Origin: Lepidodermella squamata
Taxonomy: Eukaryota > Animalia > Gastrotricha
Direction: 5' to 3'
Length of the DNA stretch: 64,000 nt
Assembly: GCA_047495785.1 (NCBI GenBank)
Contig: JBLDXI010000029.1
Span: forward strand, 1,302,001 to 1,366,000
How positions within the stretch are numbered: the first letter of the stretch is position 1; each line of letters starts with the position of its first letter. Positions 1 through 11,950 of the stretch are shown in pieces. Under the pieces are notes generated by a model. That model saw only the letters and a list, made by a program, of their open reading frames with translations. It had not been told where the DNA came from and did no database searches. The translations under genes were made by a program, and so were the position numbers.

Positions 1-156
1 CCCAGAGCAATTATGTGAAAGAAGGCCGGCTGTGAGATACTCTCTAAAGGTTTATTGGGAAAACAAAGTAACATTTCAAAGGAATTGTCAACGGGATGAG
101 AAGGAAAAATTCAAAATTGAGTTCCGTTAATCCGCTTGGAATCCCGTATAAGCTGG

Positions 157-852
157 TTAAACGGTGATACTCCCCACCACTTGAACGCAGACCGCAGTGT
201 AAATCTTGCTACCAGTTTTAGCTAACAGGTTCAGCGTTGAATTAGCTTGTAGGCCCTGCATAAAAAATGTCTGGGTTTGAGTGTTTAGCTCAAAACATGA
301 CTCACCTGGAGCAAAGATTGTGGAATTCCACGCGGAATGCTGTTCGGCAAATTGACTGTTCGACTCTGCGTTACCTGCTGCCCAACAATTAGTGGGCAAG
401 TGGGGAAGTGGGCACTACAAGGTTTGCCATGGGTGGTGGGGTCATTGTTAAAGGTTCTGGTGATGCCCATTGGCAATATAACGGTCGCTTGCTGGCTAAA
501 AACTGTCGAAGGGTTGGTCATGTCAGTACCCATCACGGAATCTATTACGGAACAGTTCAAATACTTCTGCTTTGTTGATAAATTAGTTTTTACTCGAGGG
601 CGTGAGTTTGATCGTGAATGTCATTTGTTGCCCCAGGGTGATCTTACAGTTGACCTGGTTATCTGGACATCCAGAAATTGTTATGCTGTTGACAACAGCC
701 GCCGTATTCACACCCGCTAAGATGGCATAAATCAGCTAGTCCAGCGACTAGGTAAGCTTCAGAGACTTACGGCAGTTCCTCCACTGAATCGCCAAGGCTG
801 GCGCAATCAGCAAACCGACGATTGCAGCAATTTGAGTGAGACCAATTGTCAT
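157..852 (-). CDS. NPC2/ML-domain lipid-binding protein, copy 1 (spliced, about 4 exons)
   Basis: Manual splicing: ATG 852 MTIGLTQIAAIVGLLIAPALA-IQWRNC, GT-AG intron 770-717, then VVNSITISGCPDNQVNCKITLGQ...TCPLIVGQ...AVCVQVVGSITV*. Six-Cys ML/NPC2 pattern after a signal peptide. Confidence 0.8.
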
Positions 853-1086
853 TTTTACGTCGAAGTTACTAAAAACTTTAGAAAATATCAAAATGCAGCT
901 GATTCAAAACTGAATGTCTTCAAAAATGAGGCGTAGGCTGATTATAAGCTGGCTAATACTAGTATTACAGGAACAAAGAAGATTTCCCTCATCACGACTT
1001 GTTCAAAAAAACCATTTGTTTATTCAACGAAGTAAAAAGTTGGAAAAGCTAAGCTTTCGTGTGGTAAAAAAACGACCTGCGGACAA

Positions 1087-1703
1087 TCATATTATTTTGA
1101 CGTTAAGAGCTACACATGCAATTTGTTCTCCAAGTTTATCCAACAGAGGAATTGCCGTTGTCATCGAGTCCTGAAAAGCAGAGCTTAGCATTGATACCTT
1201 AAAATTCGACAGCAAACTTACTAGAGGGGTCAGATCTGGAACTGCGAGCCATGTTTTAAAAGTAACTGCAATTTTCGCTCTTAGTGGACAGCTCCGCGGT
1301 GGGAAGAAATCAACGCAAGTTCCATCTTCGGATTTTACGATGAATTCACCATCCTTATTACGAGAGGCCACGGTTCGGAAGAAGACTGTAGAATTCGGAT
1401 ATGTCTTGGCTGAAAAGATTTAATGTTTTGTGGGAGAAGAGGCACTTTATTAGGTGCTAACCAGGGGCTAGGAAAATTTCCACGTCATGTAAAGATCCTC
1501 GCTTTAATTCGCAAACTTCTGTTTGGTCGCAGCCAGAAACTTGCACGGATTTGATGGCAGCTTTTCCTAAAATTTATTTGTCTTAAGCTTCATTTTGGAG
1601 TTTCAGCAAAGCGATAAATACCACATGATGACCAGAATGTCAATCCGACTACGCTACATGGCAGCACGAACGACGAGATCACGCATATTATGGTTAGCTT
1701 CAT
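1087..1703 (-). CDS. NPC2/ML-domain lipid-binding protein, copy 2 (spliced, 4 exons)
   Basis: ATG 1703 MKLTIICVISSFVLPCSVVG-LTFWSSCG / KAAIKSVQVSGCDQTEVCELKRG / ...TCVDFFPPRSCPLR... / LLDKLGEQIACVALNVKII*. Short GT-AG introns in a similar layout to copy 1. Confidence 0.8.
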
Positions 1704-2464
1704 ATGATTAATCGAGCTCATGCTCGATTCCCTACAAGTGAAATGAAAATTTCAAATCGTTATTTGAATGAAACACATAACTATGCTCATGCAAGGTCAC
1801 GCTTTTACACTTGCTATCATAATGTTGTACAAGGCTATGTAAATACTAAGCATTTTGCCGGTTGACGTGTTTATAGACTTCGAGCCTCTTTTCTTGCCGC
1901 AGTGTGACGTTATAGTCGGTTGTGAGTTGTAGTCCTGCGAAGGTCTCTATGTTCTAGGAAAATTACGCAACATCAAGCTCAGGCTAAGGAAAATACTGAA
2001 AACGATATAAATATTAGTCCGATGAATCGAAATGATTATGTTGTGCTACGAAGGCTTTATTTTGTTCCCGTGCTGGTCAAAATGTTAATTGAACAACTCT
2101 CAATAGCACTTCTCACAGAATAATTCATCGCACTTAACGATTATTGAATAGAAAAGAGGTTGTTTTCATGTTTAGATCCTTTATCTCTCTAAATGTTTCA
2201 TGCGATGTATAATCAATGAGGTAATCTTTCTAATTTGGGAACTGCGCATTCGCAAAATACATTGCTGCTGGGCAGATTTCAGAAGATAATCTGGATTAAA
2301 GTGAATCATCATTGTTTTTGCTTTGTTATTTCACCATACTGTAATTTTATCTAATTTTAATCACGCCTTGTTTATTGATTCAAGTTCATGTTTATGTTCT
2401 CCGACAATCGAACTGTACCTGAACAACAAAATAAAAGGCAAAATTTTGAAGTTGAAAAAAATCT

Positions 2465-2536
2465 AGGTCCCATCGAGAATCGAACTCGAGTCGCTGGATT
2501 CAGAGTCCAGAGTGCTAACCGCTACACCATGGAACC
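2465..2536 (-). tRNA. tRNA-Gln (anticodon CTG)
   Basis: Reverse complement GGTTCCATGGTGTAGCGGTTAGCACTCTGGACTCTGAATCCAGCGACTCGAGTTCGATTCTCGATGGGACCT: 72-nt cloverleaf with A/B boxes, followed by a T7 Pol III terminator (A run 2455-2461). Confidence 0.95.
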
Positions 2537-2900
2537 TTGTTATTAAACTCTAGTGCTTAACTCGCACATGTTGCTAGTTATGAGCGGCTATGAGACACCT
2601 GTATCAACAAACATGCAATTTAGTATTATAAAATTACCCTGGACTCTCAAGAAAGCCAGGTTTTGCAATTAAGAGTGCAACATATGCGGGTATATTATAT
2701 ATTTTCTCGGTGACTCATTGTACTGGCTGTAGATTCCTCGAATTCTTTGTTTCGAGAATCGGGAGATTTTCTCATTTGACACGTATTCCTGATGTTATCG
2801 AAAATAAGTGGATACTTATCAATTCTGCCATCTGTCGTCGCATTTTTCAATCAGCCATACTTAAGCAAAATCGTTCATTTCAAATTGCAAATTCGTGACT

Positions 2901-3260
2901 ATGCCTTCGATTAAAACCGGTTTTATTTTTGCGGCAGTTATTTTCGGCTTATTAAGCCAAGTTTCGGCCAATTTCAACGAGAGTAATGACGAAATTCTTG
3001 AATCAATCGTAGCTAAACGTGGACCAGCACCTGGCAAGCTCCACCCAGCAAACGCCTTCATCCGGAAAATCAACATAGCGAGCTCGAGTACGACTGAACA
3101 ACCGTCGCTACTTTACTTTTTCCCATCAAATCGCCAGCTACTGAAGCGATCAGTTGGTCATCACAACAATGCATACGGCAGGCGCCCTGTCGAACGCAAG
3201 GATGAGAGACGTCTTCATCCTCACCGCAGCTCGACGACAATGCGACCATATTGGAGCTAA
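2901..3260 (+). CDS. Secreted peptide precursor 1 (possible SVGHHNNAY-amide)
   Basis: Signal peptide MPSIKTGFIFAAVIFGLLSQVSA; KR sites; KR-SVGHHNNAY-GRR amidation signal; AATAAA at 3377. Confidence 0.85.
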   Translation: MPSIKTGFIFAAVIFGLLSQVSANFNESNDEILESIVAKRGPAPGKLHPANAFIRKINIASSSTTEQPSLLYFFPSNRQLLKRSVGHHNNAYGRRPVERKDERRLHPHRSSTTMRPYWS

Positions 3261-3573
3261 ATATGTAGCTGAAATGCGTGGAAATCTATGACGAAAAAAA
3301 ACAATGCAAATCAACGTTTTATGTCCCATTGGTGTACCGAGTGCGTTGCGCTAATATCCCGTGAGAGTTGATTTCAAATAAAACAAAGCTATAACCTCAT
3401 TTCCGATTTAGCGTTAATGATTCAGCGTATAAGCTATTAGTTCGCATTATTAAAAAACAATTGTTAGGTACAAAAAAGGCGTATCCCACAGGTCAACTTG
3501 CCCACATTCCATCGCGATCATTTCATTCGTTTTTTTGTGGTCTGATTGATATATTAGCGTTTTTTACGATATT

Positions 3574-3888
3574 ATGGCCTACAAAATTTTCATCGAGCTA
3601 ACCTTGGTCGCGTTTTTTCTGATAGCGATAATATCTGACGTCGAATGCGTTCGCCCGGGCTTCAGACTGGTTCCACCAGACCGGAGCGTCGAATCTAAAG
3701 ATTTGCAGTCATTTTACGGCGCTATGGACGAGGTGGAGGCGGAAGAAATGATTCAAGCTCTCCTGACGCAACTCATGAGCAAGCACATGATAATCGAAGC
3801 GCCGGCGCCGGCCAGAGTTGTCGCGAAGCCCCAAGCGCGCAGACTCCGATCGATCAACTCGAGCATGCATCGCAAGATAAGAAAGTAA
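3574..3888 (+). CDS. Secreted peptide precursor 2
   Basis: Signal peptide ending DVEC; intronless; AATAAA at 3955. Confidence 0.8.
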   Translation: MAYKIFIELTLVAFFLIAIISDVECVRPGFRLVPPDRSVESKDLQSFYGAMDEVEAEEMIQALLTQLMSKHMIIEAPAPARVVAKPQARRLRSINSSMHRKIRK

Positions 3889-4058
3889 TTATGCGGGGTT
3901 TACGAAAAACAATGCGGCACGATGATCCTCAACGCCATGTTTTTGTATAGTATTAATAAAACCAACCATTAGACCGATGACATGACGATCCCGTTGGGAT
4001 ACTGTGTTTTTTTCACGTGGTCACTGAAATGTCCGAAATTTCAGTTTTTCAAGCTAAA

Positions 4059-4241
4059 ATGAACGGCCTGAAGTTGTTACTAATATTGTTGACTGTGCTG
4101 TCGGCAGTCCTGATCGGCCAGGTTGCTTCAAGAAGATACCGCAGGAGGTGGTTTGACGCAGATTCCAGAGATTACTACTTTCGAGACGGCCAATTCGACG
4201 TTGATCCCTTTTCATTTGGGAAATTCTGGAAACACCGCTAA
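4059..4241 (+). CDS. Secreted peptide precursor 3 (paralog of 4)
   Basis: MNGLKLLLILLTVLSAVLIGQVAS signal; RRYRRR; YYFRDGQFDVDPF; AATAAA at 4359. Confidence 0.8.
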   Translation: MNGLKLLLILLTVLSAVLIGQVASRRYRRRWFDADSRDYYFRDGQFDVDPFSFGKFWKHR

Positions 4242-4481
4242 GCCGAGCATCGATGTCATTAGTCTCTATCGGAACTCCACTCCACTACGTCACTAATGAC
4301 TCATTTGAAAGAAAACCAAACGAGGCGTTGTAAATCCATTGTGAATGACAGGTCTTGAAATAAAAATGCGATGCATAATCACTTAAATGTTCCATAATTC
4401 CCCGATGTGAGTTCATTTTATCAGAACGCAGTGTCACAGAATTTTTCGAGATTTACAGACTCTATTACGACATAAGTTAAA

Positions 4482-4709
4482 ATGTCCAATTTGAAACTAA
4501 CTCTGCTATTGTTGGTACTCGCAACTGCTTTGATCATTCAACACATTTCAGCAGGACCAAGCAACAGACTGCAAATGTTAGAAGAAGGCGACGATGATGA
4601 TCTTGGCTACTTCAACAACGATCGATTCAGCAGCGATTTTTTCGCGTCTGAAATATCCAAGCGCCGACAAAATAGACATCCGGCAGCCCAGCTTGCTAAT
4701 AGGGCTTAA
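4482..4709 (+). CDS. Secreted peptide precursor 4 (paralog of 3)
   Basis: MSNLKLTLLLLVLATALIIQHISA signal; GYFNNDRFSSDFF resembles gene 3; KRR site; AATAAA at 4833. Confidence 0.8.
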   Translation: MSNLKLTLLLLVLATALIIQHISAGPSNRLQMLEEGDDDDLGYFNNDRFSSDFFASEISKRRQNRHPAAQLANRA

Positions 4710-5087
4710 CCGCGTAAAATCGTAAAAATGACTCATTTCAGCTACGCAAGAACTATTTTCGATCCGGAACGCAAGTAGAACCTTTCCTGATTTGTCTTGC
4801 TTCTAATTTTAGCCCTATTGCTTGATTAGCGAAATAAAATAGTATGACACACAACGCTTTTAGGTCTTGTTCCAACGGAAGGGAATCAGGGCGTGGCGGC
4901 GTTCAATCAAGCGGAAATCACTTGGCACACAGAAGCAACATGAATTCAATTAAGTGACAAATGTTGTCACAGCAATTAACTCCCCATTGGACACTTGGAA
5001 AACGGTGGATGCTACCCACGCATAATTTCCCATTGCCACTTTTTTCACCAGAACCTTCTATTTATTCGAAATTCATCAAAATTTGGG

Positions 5088-5336
5088 ATGGCTGTTTCAA
5101 AGCTCGTTTTGCCAATGCTTTTCGCTATCGTACTAGCGGCGGTTCTGTTCATGGCCGATTTTGCCGAGTGCAATGCGATTGATGCGGATGATACGAGTGC
5201 TGCCGATTTAGAATATCTTGCCGAGATCACCGGCAACAATGCTGACAGACTCGAGCTGTACAACTCGATGATCAAACGAGCGAATAAATGGAAGAATCCA
5301 GCAAGTGTGAGGCTCGAAATGGCCGGCGGAATCTGA
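5088..5336 (+). CDS. Secreted peptide precursor 5
   Basis: Signal peptide, acidic pro-region, KR-ANKWKNPASVRLEMAGGI; AATAAA at 5434. Confidence 0.85.
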   Translation: MAVSKLVLPMLFAIVLAAVLFMADFAECNAIDADDTSAADLEYLAEITGNNADRLELYNSMIKRANKWKNPASVRLEMAGGI

Positions 5337-5606
5337 AAATTACAGCCAACAAACTCAATTTTAGTGCGAAAGTCCCCTCCCCTAGTGCATTGACGTGCTA
5401 GATCTGAAATGAATTTTAGTGGACAGACTAAATAATAAATTTTGATTTTATATAACGTGCTATGGTCTCGTCTGTCAACTAATTACGAAACAAAAAATGA
5501 GACATGATTTTTGTGAGGGGAGAATTGATTGACATATTCATCAATACGTCTTTTCTCCTTCGTGAAGCGCGTGTAAATGCAGTACCATAGTATTTTTCGG
5601 CTGAAA

Positions 5607-5846
5607 ATGGGGAAACTAGTTATTATTGTTGCATTCACTTTGCTATTGGCCTGCATCTTAGTCACAGCTATCCCTCTACAAAGTTACTACCGTGTTGGAT
5701 CGCTGCATGGCCTTGATGATTTGAGCAGATTGGACAGCCACACTTACGATTCGAAATCAGACGAAAAAGCTGTTGATGGCAAACGATCAGCTAAAATCTA
5801 TCCGAAGACGCATAGTAGGAAAGGCGGACGCAAAGGCAAACGCTGA
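5607..5846 (+). CDS. Secreted peptide precursor 6
   Basis: MGKLVIIVAFTLLLACILVTA signal; internal GKR and terminal GKR (amidation-type) sites; AATAAA at 5923. Confidence 0.8.
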   Translation: MGKLVIIVAFTLLLACILVTAIPLQSYYRVGSLHGLDDLSRLDSHTYDSKSDEKAVDGKRSAKIYPKTHSRKGGRKGKR

Positions 5847-7042
5847 AGATGAAACAAATTACGCGAAATATTTTTCGACAGCTTATAATATTGACCATCT
5901 CTATATTCACATTGTTTCAGTAAATAAATCCCTTCAATGTCCCAATGAGGTCTTTAACCAGTTATCGATTCGTTTGTTTCTCGATTCGTTGTCAACCGTC
6001 GAAGTGAGTCTTATTGACTGCTTCGAATTCACTTTGAATTTAGGAGAACCGGTTGTAATAGTATTTTCAAAGAATAGTTTCGCTTGTGATTCATACTTGT
6101 GATGCATTCCGCATTATGGATCACAAAACCTGATTAACACGGACCTGTTGAATTGCTATCTTCCTAGTTGTTCTCACGGGCTAAGAGTCCGGGCTACGCC
6201 CACCTAGGGAATATTGCTGCGGACAACACAATATTCTGAAAATAACTAAATGTTTACGATCATGTTAAGGAGTGGCCATCAGCCTATCGTAATTGCACTG
6301 ATTCCGTGTCAGGACAAACATCATTGTTTATTTGAAAAACAATACTCCGCTAGCAGCAGTTATCCAAAGACACACGATAGATGCACATTGGTTTATTTTA
6401 AGAAGAAGCAGTTTTGTTAGAAAAGAACTCGCACAATAAATGTAGCGGTATAAAAAATTACGGTGGGTAACAATCTTATTGTCCCTTCCCCAGTAAAGCT
6501 CGAGGGAACAAGCAATAACAACTCTTACCATTGGTCAACTGCTGGCCTTTTCGTGACGAACGATGGGATTTACAAAATTGAGCATGCTCAGGCGTGAATG
6601 ATTGCGCTCGCGTAGTACTGTTAGCGATAAATTGGGACTGACTCGTTGCTATTTTGAATCAAAACATCCTATACCAAATTTGATACTGGCTAGAGGCTAG
6701 ACAGAATTGATTAGAAATACTATCGCGCGGCCACGCTTTAATTTAGAAACGCACTTTTCATACAACGGCTCAATTTCACTCACGCATCAACTGCGCACGA
6801 TTGATTTTACGATCAGTGACGCCACACCGGTCATTGCCTTATTGCTTTTATATGCAGTCAATTAAAATCAACTGCCGGAATAAACTAAACCCTCAGATTT
6901 ACGCTTATCCGTGATGAATCAAACACAGTACTAGGCAACAAATGCCCCCGGCTTCAAAACTTGGCCATTCACTGAAAAACACGTACTCATTGAATTTATA
7001 AGACGATATTTTCAATCTTTCGAAGCTTTTATACTTAGGAAT

Positions 7043-7393
7043 ATGAAAGGTATCGCATTTTTGAGCCAGGCTACGGTTGCGATTAGCCTTATCGCTTTCA
7101 CAGTGGCTGTTCCACCTTCATCTCGCGGCTACATCGATCATTACAGAGCTGCGAAGGCAATTCAATTAGCCGTCGAGGAGTCGAAAGCAGCGGATCGTCT
7201 CGCCGCCGCCGCGACGTCACCTGCGCGACTGTTCGTTCTGAGGACAGGTACAAATCGCAACTTGAACGTACCGAAAAATCCGACTACTATCTATCTACCA
7301 GGAGACGAGTATGTCGCGCAGCAACTACGTTCATCCAGGAAGCTTTTCCCTCGCGTCCCCGTTGCTAAAAACACCGTGGTTCAGTATTTCTGA
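7043..7393 (+). CDS. Secreted peptide precursor 7
   Basis: Hydrophobic N-terminus ending FTVA; Cys-free; AATAAA at 7431. Confidence 0.75.
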   Translation: MKGIAFLSQATVAISLIAFTVAVPPSSRGYIDHYRAAKAIQLAVEESKAADRLAAAATSPARLFVLRTGTNRNLNVPKNPTTIYLPGDEYVAQQLRSSRKLFPRVPVAKNTVVQYF

Positions 7394-7605
7394 TCGATTC
7401 GTCTGTGATATGATACGTTGACGTCACATTAATAAATCAGAGCGGCGGATGAGTCAAGCTTTCATTAATTTGATTAAAAATGGCCGTGGCCAGAGTTGGG
7501 AATTGGCGATATTTAAAATTCCACCCCTTTATTGAGCCCACTCAATAAAGTCGAATAATTTAAGGTTTACGATAAATACGAGCTAAATCAAGCGCATACA
7601 GCAAA

Positions 7606-7980
7606 ATGGCTACAAAATTGGTCGCTATAGCGCTGGCTCTAGCAGTCGCTAGTGAAGCTAGACCTTCTCTATTTCGTTGGGATAATGCTGGGCCAAAAAC
7701 AGTCACCACCGAGTATTTACGAATCGCAAAAATGCCACAGCGCAAGGTGAAAATCAATTCGCCTTACTTGCCTCACAGCAGCAATCATGGATTGAGGCGA
7801 TCTATAAGACGAGCGCCTGTTTTCGAGAAGAACGGTGGCAGTGACAAGATTTATCTGGACCTCATGCGAACGCTTGGACTCAGCAACGCATTCAGGAACG
7901 AAAGATTGCCGGCGATGAACAACATGTTAGCGGAGAAACTGCGAAACACGCTCAGTTCACGAGGAATCATATTCATGTAA
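7606..7980 (+). CDS. Secreted peptide precursor 8
   Basis: MATKLVAIALALAVASEA signal; RRSIRR site; AATAAA at 8026. Confidence 0.8.
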   Translation: MATKLVAIALALAVASEARPSLFRWDNAGPKTVTTEYLRIAKMPQRKVKINSPYLPHSSNHGLRRSIRRAPVFEKNGGSDKIYLDLMRTLGLSNAFRNERLPAMNNMLAEKLRNTLSSRGIIFM

Positions 7981-8025
7981 ACAAAAACACCGTTTTATAA
8001 CTTGGCTTGATGCCAGAAAGTTTCG

Positions 8026-8038
8026 AATAAAATTTATT
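8026..8038. terminator. Bidirectional polyadenylation signal between convergent genes 8 and 9
   Basis: AATAAAATTTATT gives AATAAA on both strands within the 74-bp gap between the two stop codons. Confidence 0.6.
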
Positions 8039-8054
8039 GCTATGAAATGTCATT

Positions 8055-8429
8055 TTAAGTTTCTTTTCTAACAACAAAACGAGATGGTCCTGCTGGTTTC
8101 CTGCTGCGATGAGTGTCTTCATGGGTTGGTTCTTTAGCGAGCCATACGGCAGCTCCAGGTTTGATAGCCGCTGGTTTAGTAGGCATCATATCCTGAGCAA
8201 GCCTGTTCATTGCCGCGGCCCATTTTCTAGCATTATCGACGTTTGAAGGTAGAATAGGATTTACGGTGCTTCGGTCAGCAGCATCCGCTACACGCATAAG
8301 CATTTCTTCGTTGATTTTCACCGCACTCGGCTTGCTGCCATCCAACACGCTGAACTTGGACGCGATTCGAGCAGATGCCACATTCACCAGGGCGAAAAGT
8401 GCGATTAGCAGATATAAATTCTGAGTCAT
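8055..8429 (-). CDS. Secreted peptide precursor 9
   Basis: MTQNLYLLIALFALVNVASA signal (internal ATG of ORF 8055..8549). Confidence 0.8.
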   Translation of the reverse strand: MTQNLYLLIALFALVNVASARIASKFSVLDGSKPSAVKINEEMLMRVADAADRSTVNPILPSNVDNARKWAAAMNRLAQDMMPTKPAAIKPGAAVWLAKEPTHEDTHRSRKPAGPSRFVVRKET

Positions 8430-9713
8430 CTTCACTAAAATAATTCGGAAAATAATTGGATGGTAATTTGTCTGACTCGGCACTAGAGTGAAAAGTAGGG
8501 AGACGGATATGTAATGCGTGGTGGCTAATTTACTTCCGATACGTGCCACAGGAAATTCGAGAATTTCTCTCCTGTAGATTAGCCTAGAGAGAATGATGTT
8601 GAGGTTTGAGGTCTTTTGAGTCTAACACCACGCTCCCGTAATACCCTGGGTATAGGTTCTCCAAGAATAGAATCACTGTTTTACGCGCTATTTTACGGTA
8701 AGTAAATTGAATACTCGTTTTAACACGGACGTGTTCTAATTTCACGCAAGAAGGTGGGAGGTAAGGAAATCAACATAATAGTACTGTCCAGATGACGCTA
8801 CGCTCAGGGTAAAAACTGGGGGAGAAATGCTGATGTGAGAGCGAATAATAGCTCCTTGAGGAAGCAACGTAATAAATTATTCGAAATAATTACGCATTTA
8901 TTACGAGTTACAAGGAGTTGCAAGGAGAGATCCTACAATTTTGAGAGAGGAAAATTTGACCTTTCGTTGTTTGCCTCCATTGAAGCAATTTCTGTCACAT
9001 TTACGTTGATATCCGCCCTAAGACTTCAAGCCAAAAACCAAAAACCGTTCTGCCTAATTTGGCGGGAATTCTGAAGCTATTTTTAAAGATATACGTTTTC
9101 AGCGGAACAAATTTCTGTGCTGAATTACAGCCGATGACTGGATTGTAAATAAATGAAGTGATACAATAATTGCAAAAGGGTGCATCAAGTCACTTTGGTT
9201 ACTACTCGTGTAGAAATCGTTTACCCAGCTGTTTATGCATCAAATGGCCTATTTTTCAAACGGTAAGGTAGAGGGATTAGGTCCTTATCGAAGCCTTGAT
9301 TGTTTACAGTTTACACGTCGGGGTGTTAATCTGAGTGGTTAAAAATATAATTATACTATAGGAAAAACATCCTGATGTAAAAAACGACAAAGCAGTTACA
9401 TTGAAACTAGCTTCTTCTCCCTCGTTTTCATCCTGCGTGGTGTTGTCTGGACAGTTTGCCCATCGTGATTTTCTTATTCATCCTACCCTGGACAAACATG
9501 ACGGAGAAATCACCGAGTTTGAACAGATGCAAGAGATGAGCACGTTTCGAACACCACGTTTTCCGGTAGTTTTAGTGGGACAAGGCTAATATCACGCTCG
9601 GCTGGGAACAAGCAGAGCGCGACGAAACTAATATGTGGAAGTGACCTAGACACTAATTATTAAGAATCCCATATGGCGAGTTTTTTGTAACAAAAAATAT
9701 ATTAGAGTTCGAT

Positions 9714-10226
9714 TTATTTATTCAGATCAACGGTTTCATTAGCTAAGAGTAGTCTGATGGGGATGCGCCGTACCGCAGTGTGACCGCTCATCGCCGTTCG
9801 CCGATTAAGCCAATTATCGACATTATTAACGGGCATCAGGATTCGGACCACCTCCGCCGCTTGATCCAGCCGGCTTTTTTGCCTCGGCTCGCGGAATACC
9901 TCCTTCAGCAAGAACGAATCGTCTGCCATGGGTACAGCCCACGCCGGACTCAAGAGGCCTAGGTGAAGTGTTGTAATCACGTGCCGCAGTACACGCCATG
10001 CGTCGTTTTGCTTCGACGCACTCCGCTCAATCGACCAGTCGTAGTAACGAGCCGATATCGGCGGCGGCTTATCGCTCGGCTTTTCCGCCCGCGTTCGATT
10101 CAGCACCGTGAGACTAGTCCTCACATTCGGCCTGACATTGCGGCAGCAAATTCCGTGAATGAACGCGAATCCTACGAACAGATTCACGGTTACGAAAGCC
10201 ACTGCCCGGGAATTGAATCGCTTCAT
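9714..10226 (-). CDS. Secreted peptide precursor 10
   Basis: MKRFNSRAVAFVTVNLFVGFAFIHGICC signal-like N-terminus; Cys-free mature region. Confidence 0.65.
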   Translation of the reverse strand: MKRFNSRAVAFVTVNLFVGFAFIHGICCRNVRPNVRTSLTVLNRTRAEKPSDKPPPISARYYDWSIERSASKQNDAWRVLRHVITTLHLGLLSPAWAVPMADDSFLLKEVFREPRQKSRLDQAAEVVRILMPVNNVDNWLNRRTAMSGHTAVRRIPIRLLLANETVDLNK

Positions 10227-10393
10227 GGCTGGAAGCTGAAAAATGAATGGAGCGAGGACACACATAGCCCCCTCCCCCTCTGGCTCAAGTGTTGAGGGTG
10301 TATGGGCGAAAAAATAGTTTTATTGTCCTACGATACATTAAATCAATGATAAAAAAGCAATATATCGGCTTTATGATGTCCTCAAGAACTAGC

Positions 10394-10813
10394 TTAAGGT
10401 CCGGAGAGCTGTTTAACCGGTCTGCCTTTACTGCCGCTGCTCAACTTCAGCGAAACGTAATTCGCAGCTGAATATGGCGTATTGCTTAGTGGTTCAAATT
10501 TTCGATTAAAATCACTGGGTGATGGCCTTTGCTTCATACGATCAGCTAATATTGCTGCGGCGATGCTTTTGTAGGCTCGGCCTGCGTTGAGAGCTACTAA
10601 TTGCTCCTCGGGGCGGGCCATGCTCATAGCATTTGAATGAGGTTGTTTTGCGCCTTTGATGATACTTTTGATCCAACCATTCACTTTTGCTGTCTCGCTG
10701 TTTGATTTGGTCGTTTCTGCTGTAAGGCGATTTGCATCAGCTTCAAGCAGCAGCAGGAGCAATTCGAAAGTCAGAGCCAATGATAGTAGATATTTGCGAG
10801 TGATAGAAATCAT
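10394..10813 (-). CDS. Secreted peptide precursor 11
   Basis: Leu-rich signal ending EADA; TATA-like sequence about 35 bp upstream. Confidence 0.8.
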   Translation of the reverse strand: MISITRKYLLSLALTFELLLLLLEADANRLTAETTKSNSETAKVNGWIKSIIKGAKQPHSNAMSMARPEEQLVALNAGRAYKSIAAAILADRMKQRPSPSDFNRKFEPLSNTPYSAANYVSLKLSSGSKGRPVKQLSGP

Positions 10814-11510
10814 TTTACCTCAGTGCGATTCAAAAGATTCACGTTATATAAGCTTTAGGTTTGGATATAAGTATCAGCCTCTGCAAAATGTTTGTCTGCT
10901 AAGATAGGAAACGGAGGCTGACTGTTCTGCAATGTTCCAAAGGTGTTGAACATCCAAATGTCCACTTGAAACTTCACGGAAGCTGGAGGGTTGAGTGGTT
11001 GCACCTCGTTGGCAACTTGACACTCAATATGGCAACCACGCCTTGATGAACTCATAGCGCCTATCTCTTATCCGGTGAATAATCTATTTTCATTCCATTC
11101 TTGCATTTGTTAGACTTCGAGTGAATAGGAAAATAAGGATTAAGCTTATTACATTATTCTCTCTAGTGGTGGATGAGGATTGGGACATCCCTCTTCTTGC
11201 ATTGCTTGCGTCGTATTTTCAAATGAAAACTTAGCAGTGCCTGTCTGTACGCTCAGAGCCAAATTCTGATTTTCGGTTTTGGAGCACGGATTCTAACTAA
11301 AACGAAGCTGATAGGTATATCAAGGATCCCCCATGTTGACATTGGGTAATTTAAGGTGAAGTACCTGTTCAGCTATGGGCATCTCAGTTTCTTTGTTAGA
11401 TTCGCATGGTAAATAGGACAAAGCTATGCAAGTGATATATTTTATTTTCGGTAAAGGGATTAGGAATGATACATTGTATTGTAGTAAAAATATAAGCCAC
11501 TGAAGTAAAA

Positions 11511-11950
11511 TCAATTCTTATTGAAATGAACAAATTGCCCATCGCCGTCTCCTGCAGCTTTGTTCAGGTAGAGCCAACCTTCTACCCCACCGGCATCATT
11601 CGGCTCGCTCATGAGACTGCGCTGATCGGCCGAATTGAACAAATCAGAAACAGCTAAAGCATGAAGGTCCCCTGCTTCCATTACATCCTTTGGAGTAGCA
11701 GTAGCTTGTTTGGCTCTGAGACAGCTGAATTTGATTGAGCTTTTGCTTTCTCGATGCTTTTCGTGAACGGGTTGCGGATTCCGCCTCTAAGCTTAAGTTG
11801 GGGTCGCTTGGTCGAGGTGACTGGCATTGTCAGCTTCTGCATACGAGCTTTATCTAAAAAGTAGCTGCTACCCTTACTGTAGGCCCTCGCTTCAATGCTT
11901 GCAGCGATCCAACCAAGAGCTGAAGCAACAAAAATCAAGCCAGCTCGCAT
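11511..11950 (-). CDS. Secreted peptide precursor 12 (stop at 11681 as read; probably extends to 11511 across a 1-bp frameshift)
   Basis: MRAGLIFVASALGWIAASIEA signal; a second frame continues QATATPKDVMEAGDL...HFNKN* to 11511; minus-strand AATAAA at 11441-11446. Confidence 0.65.

Noticed and set aside
9401-9589. ORF in a gap of the peptide cluster
   Set aside because: TTG start, no signal peptide or family motif. Similar short antisense or overlapping ORFs across the window were treated as shadows.
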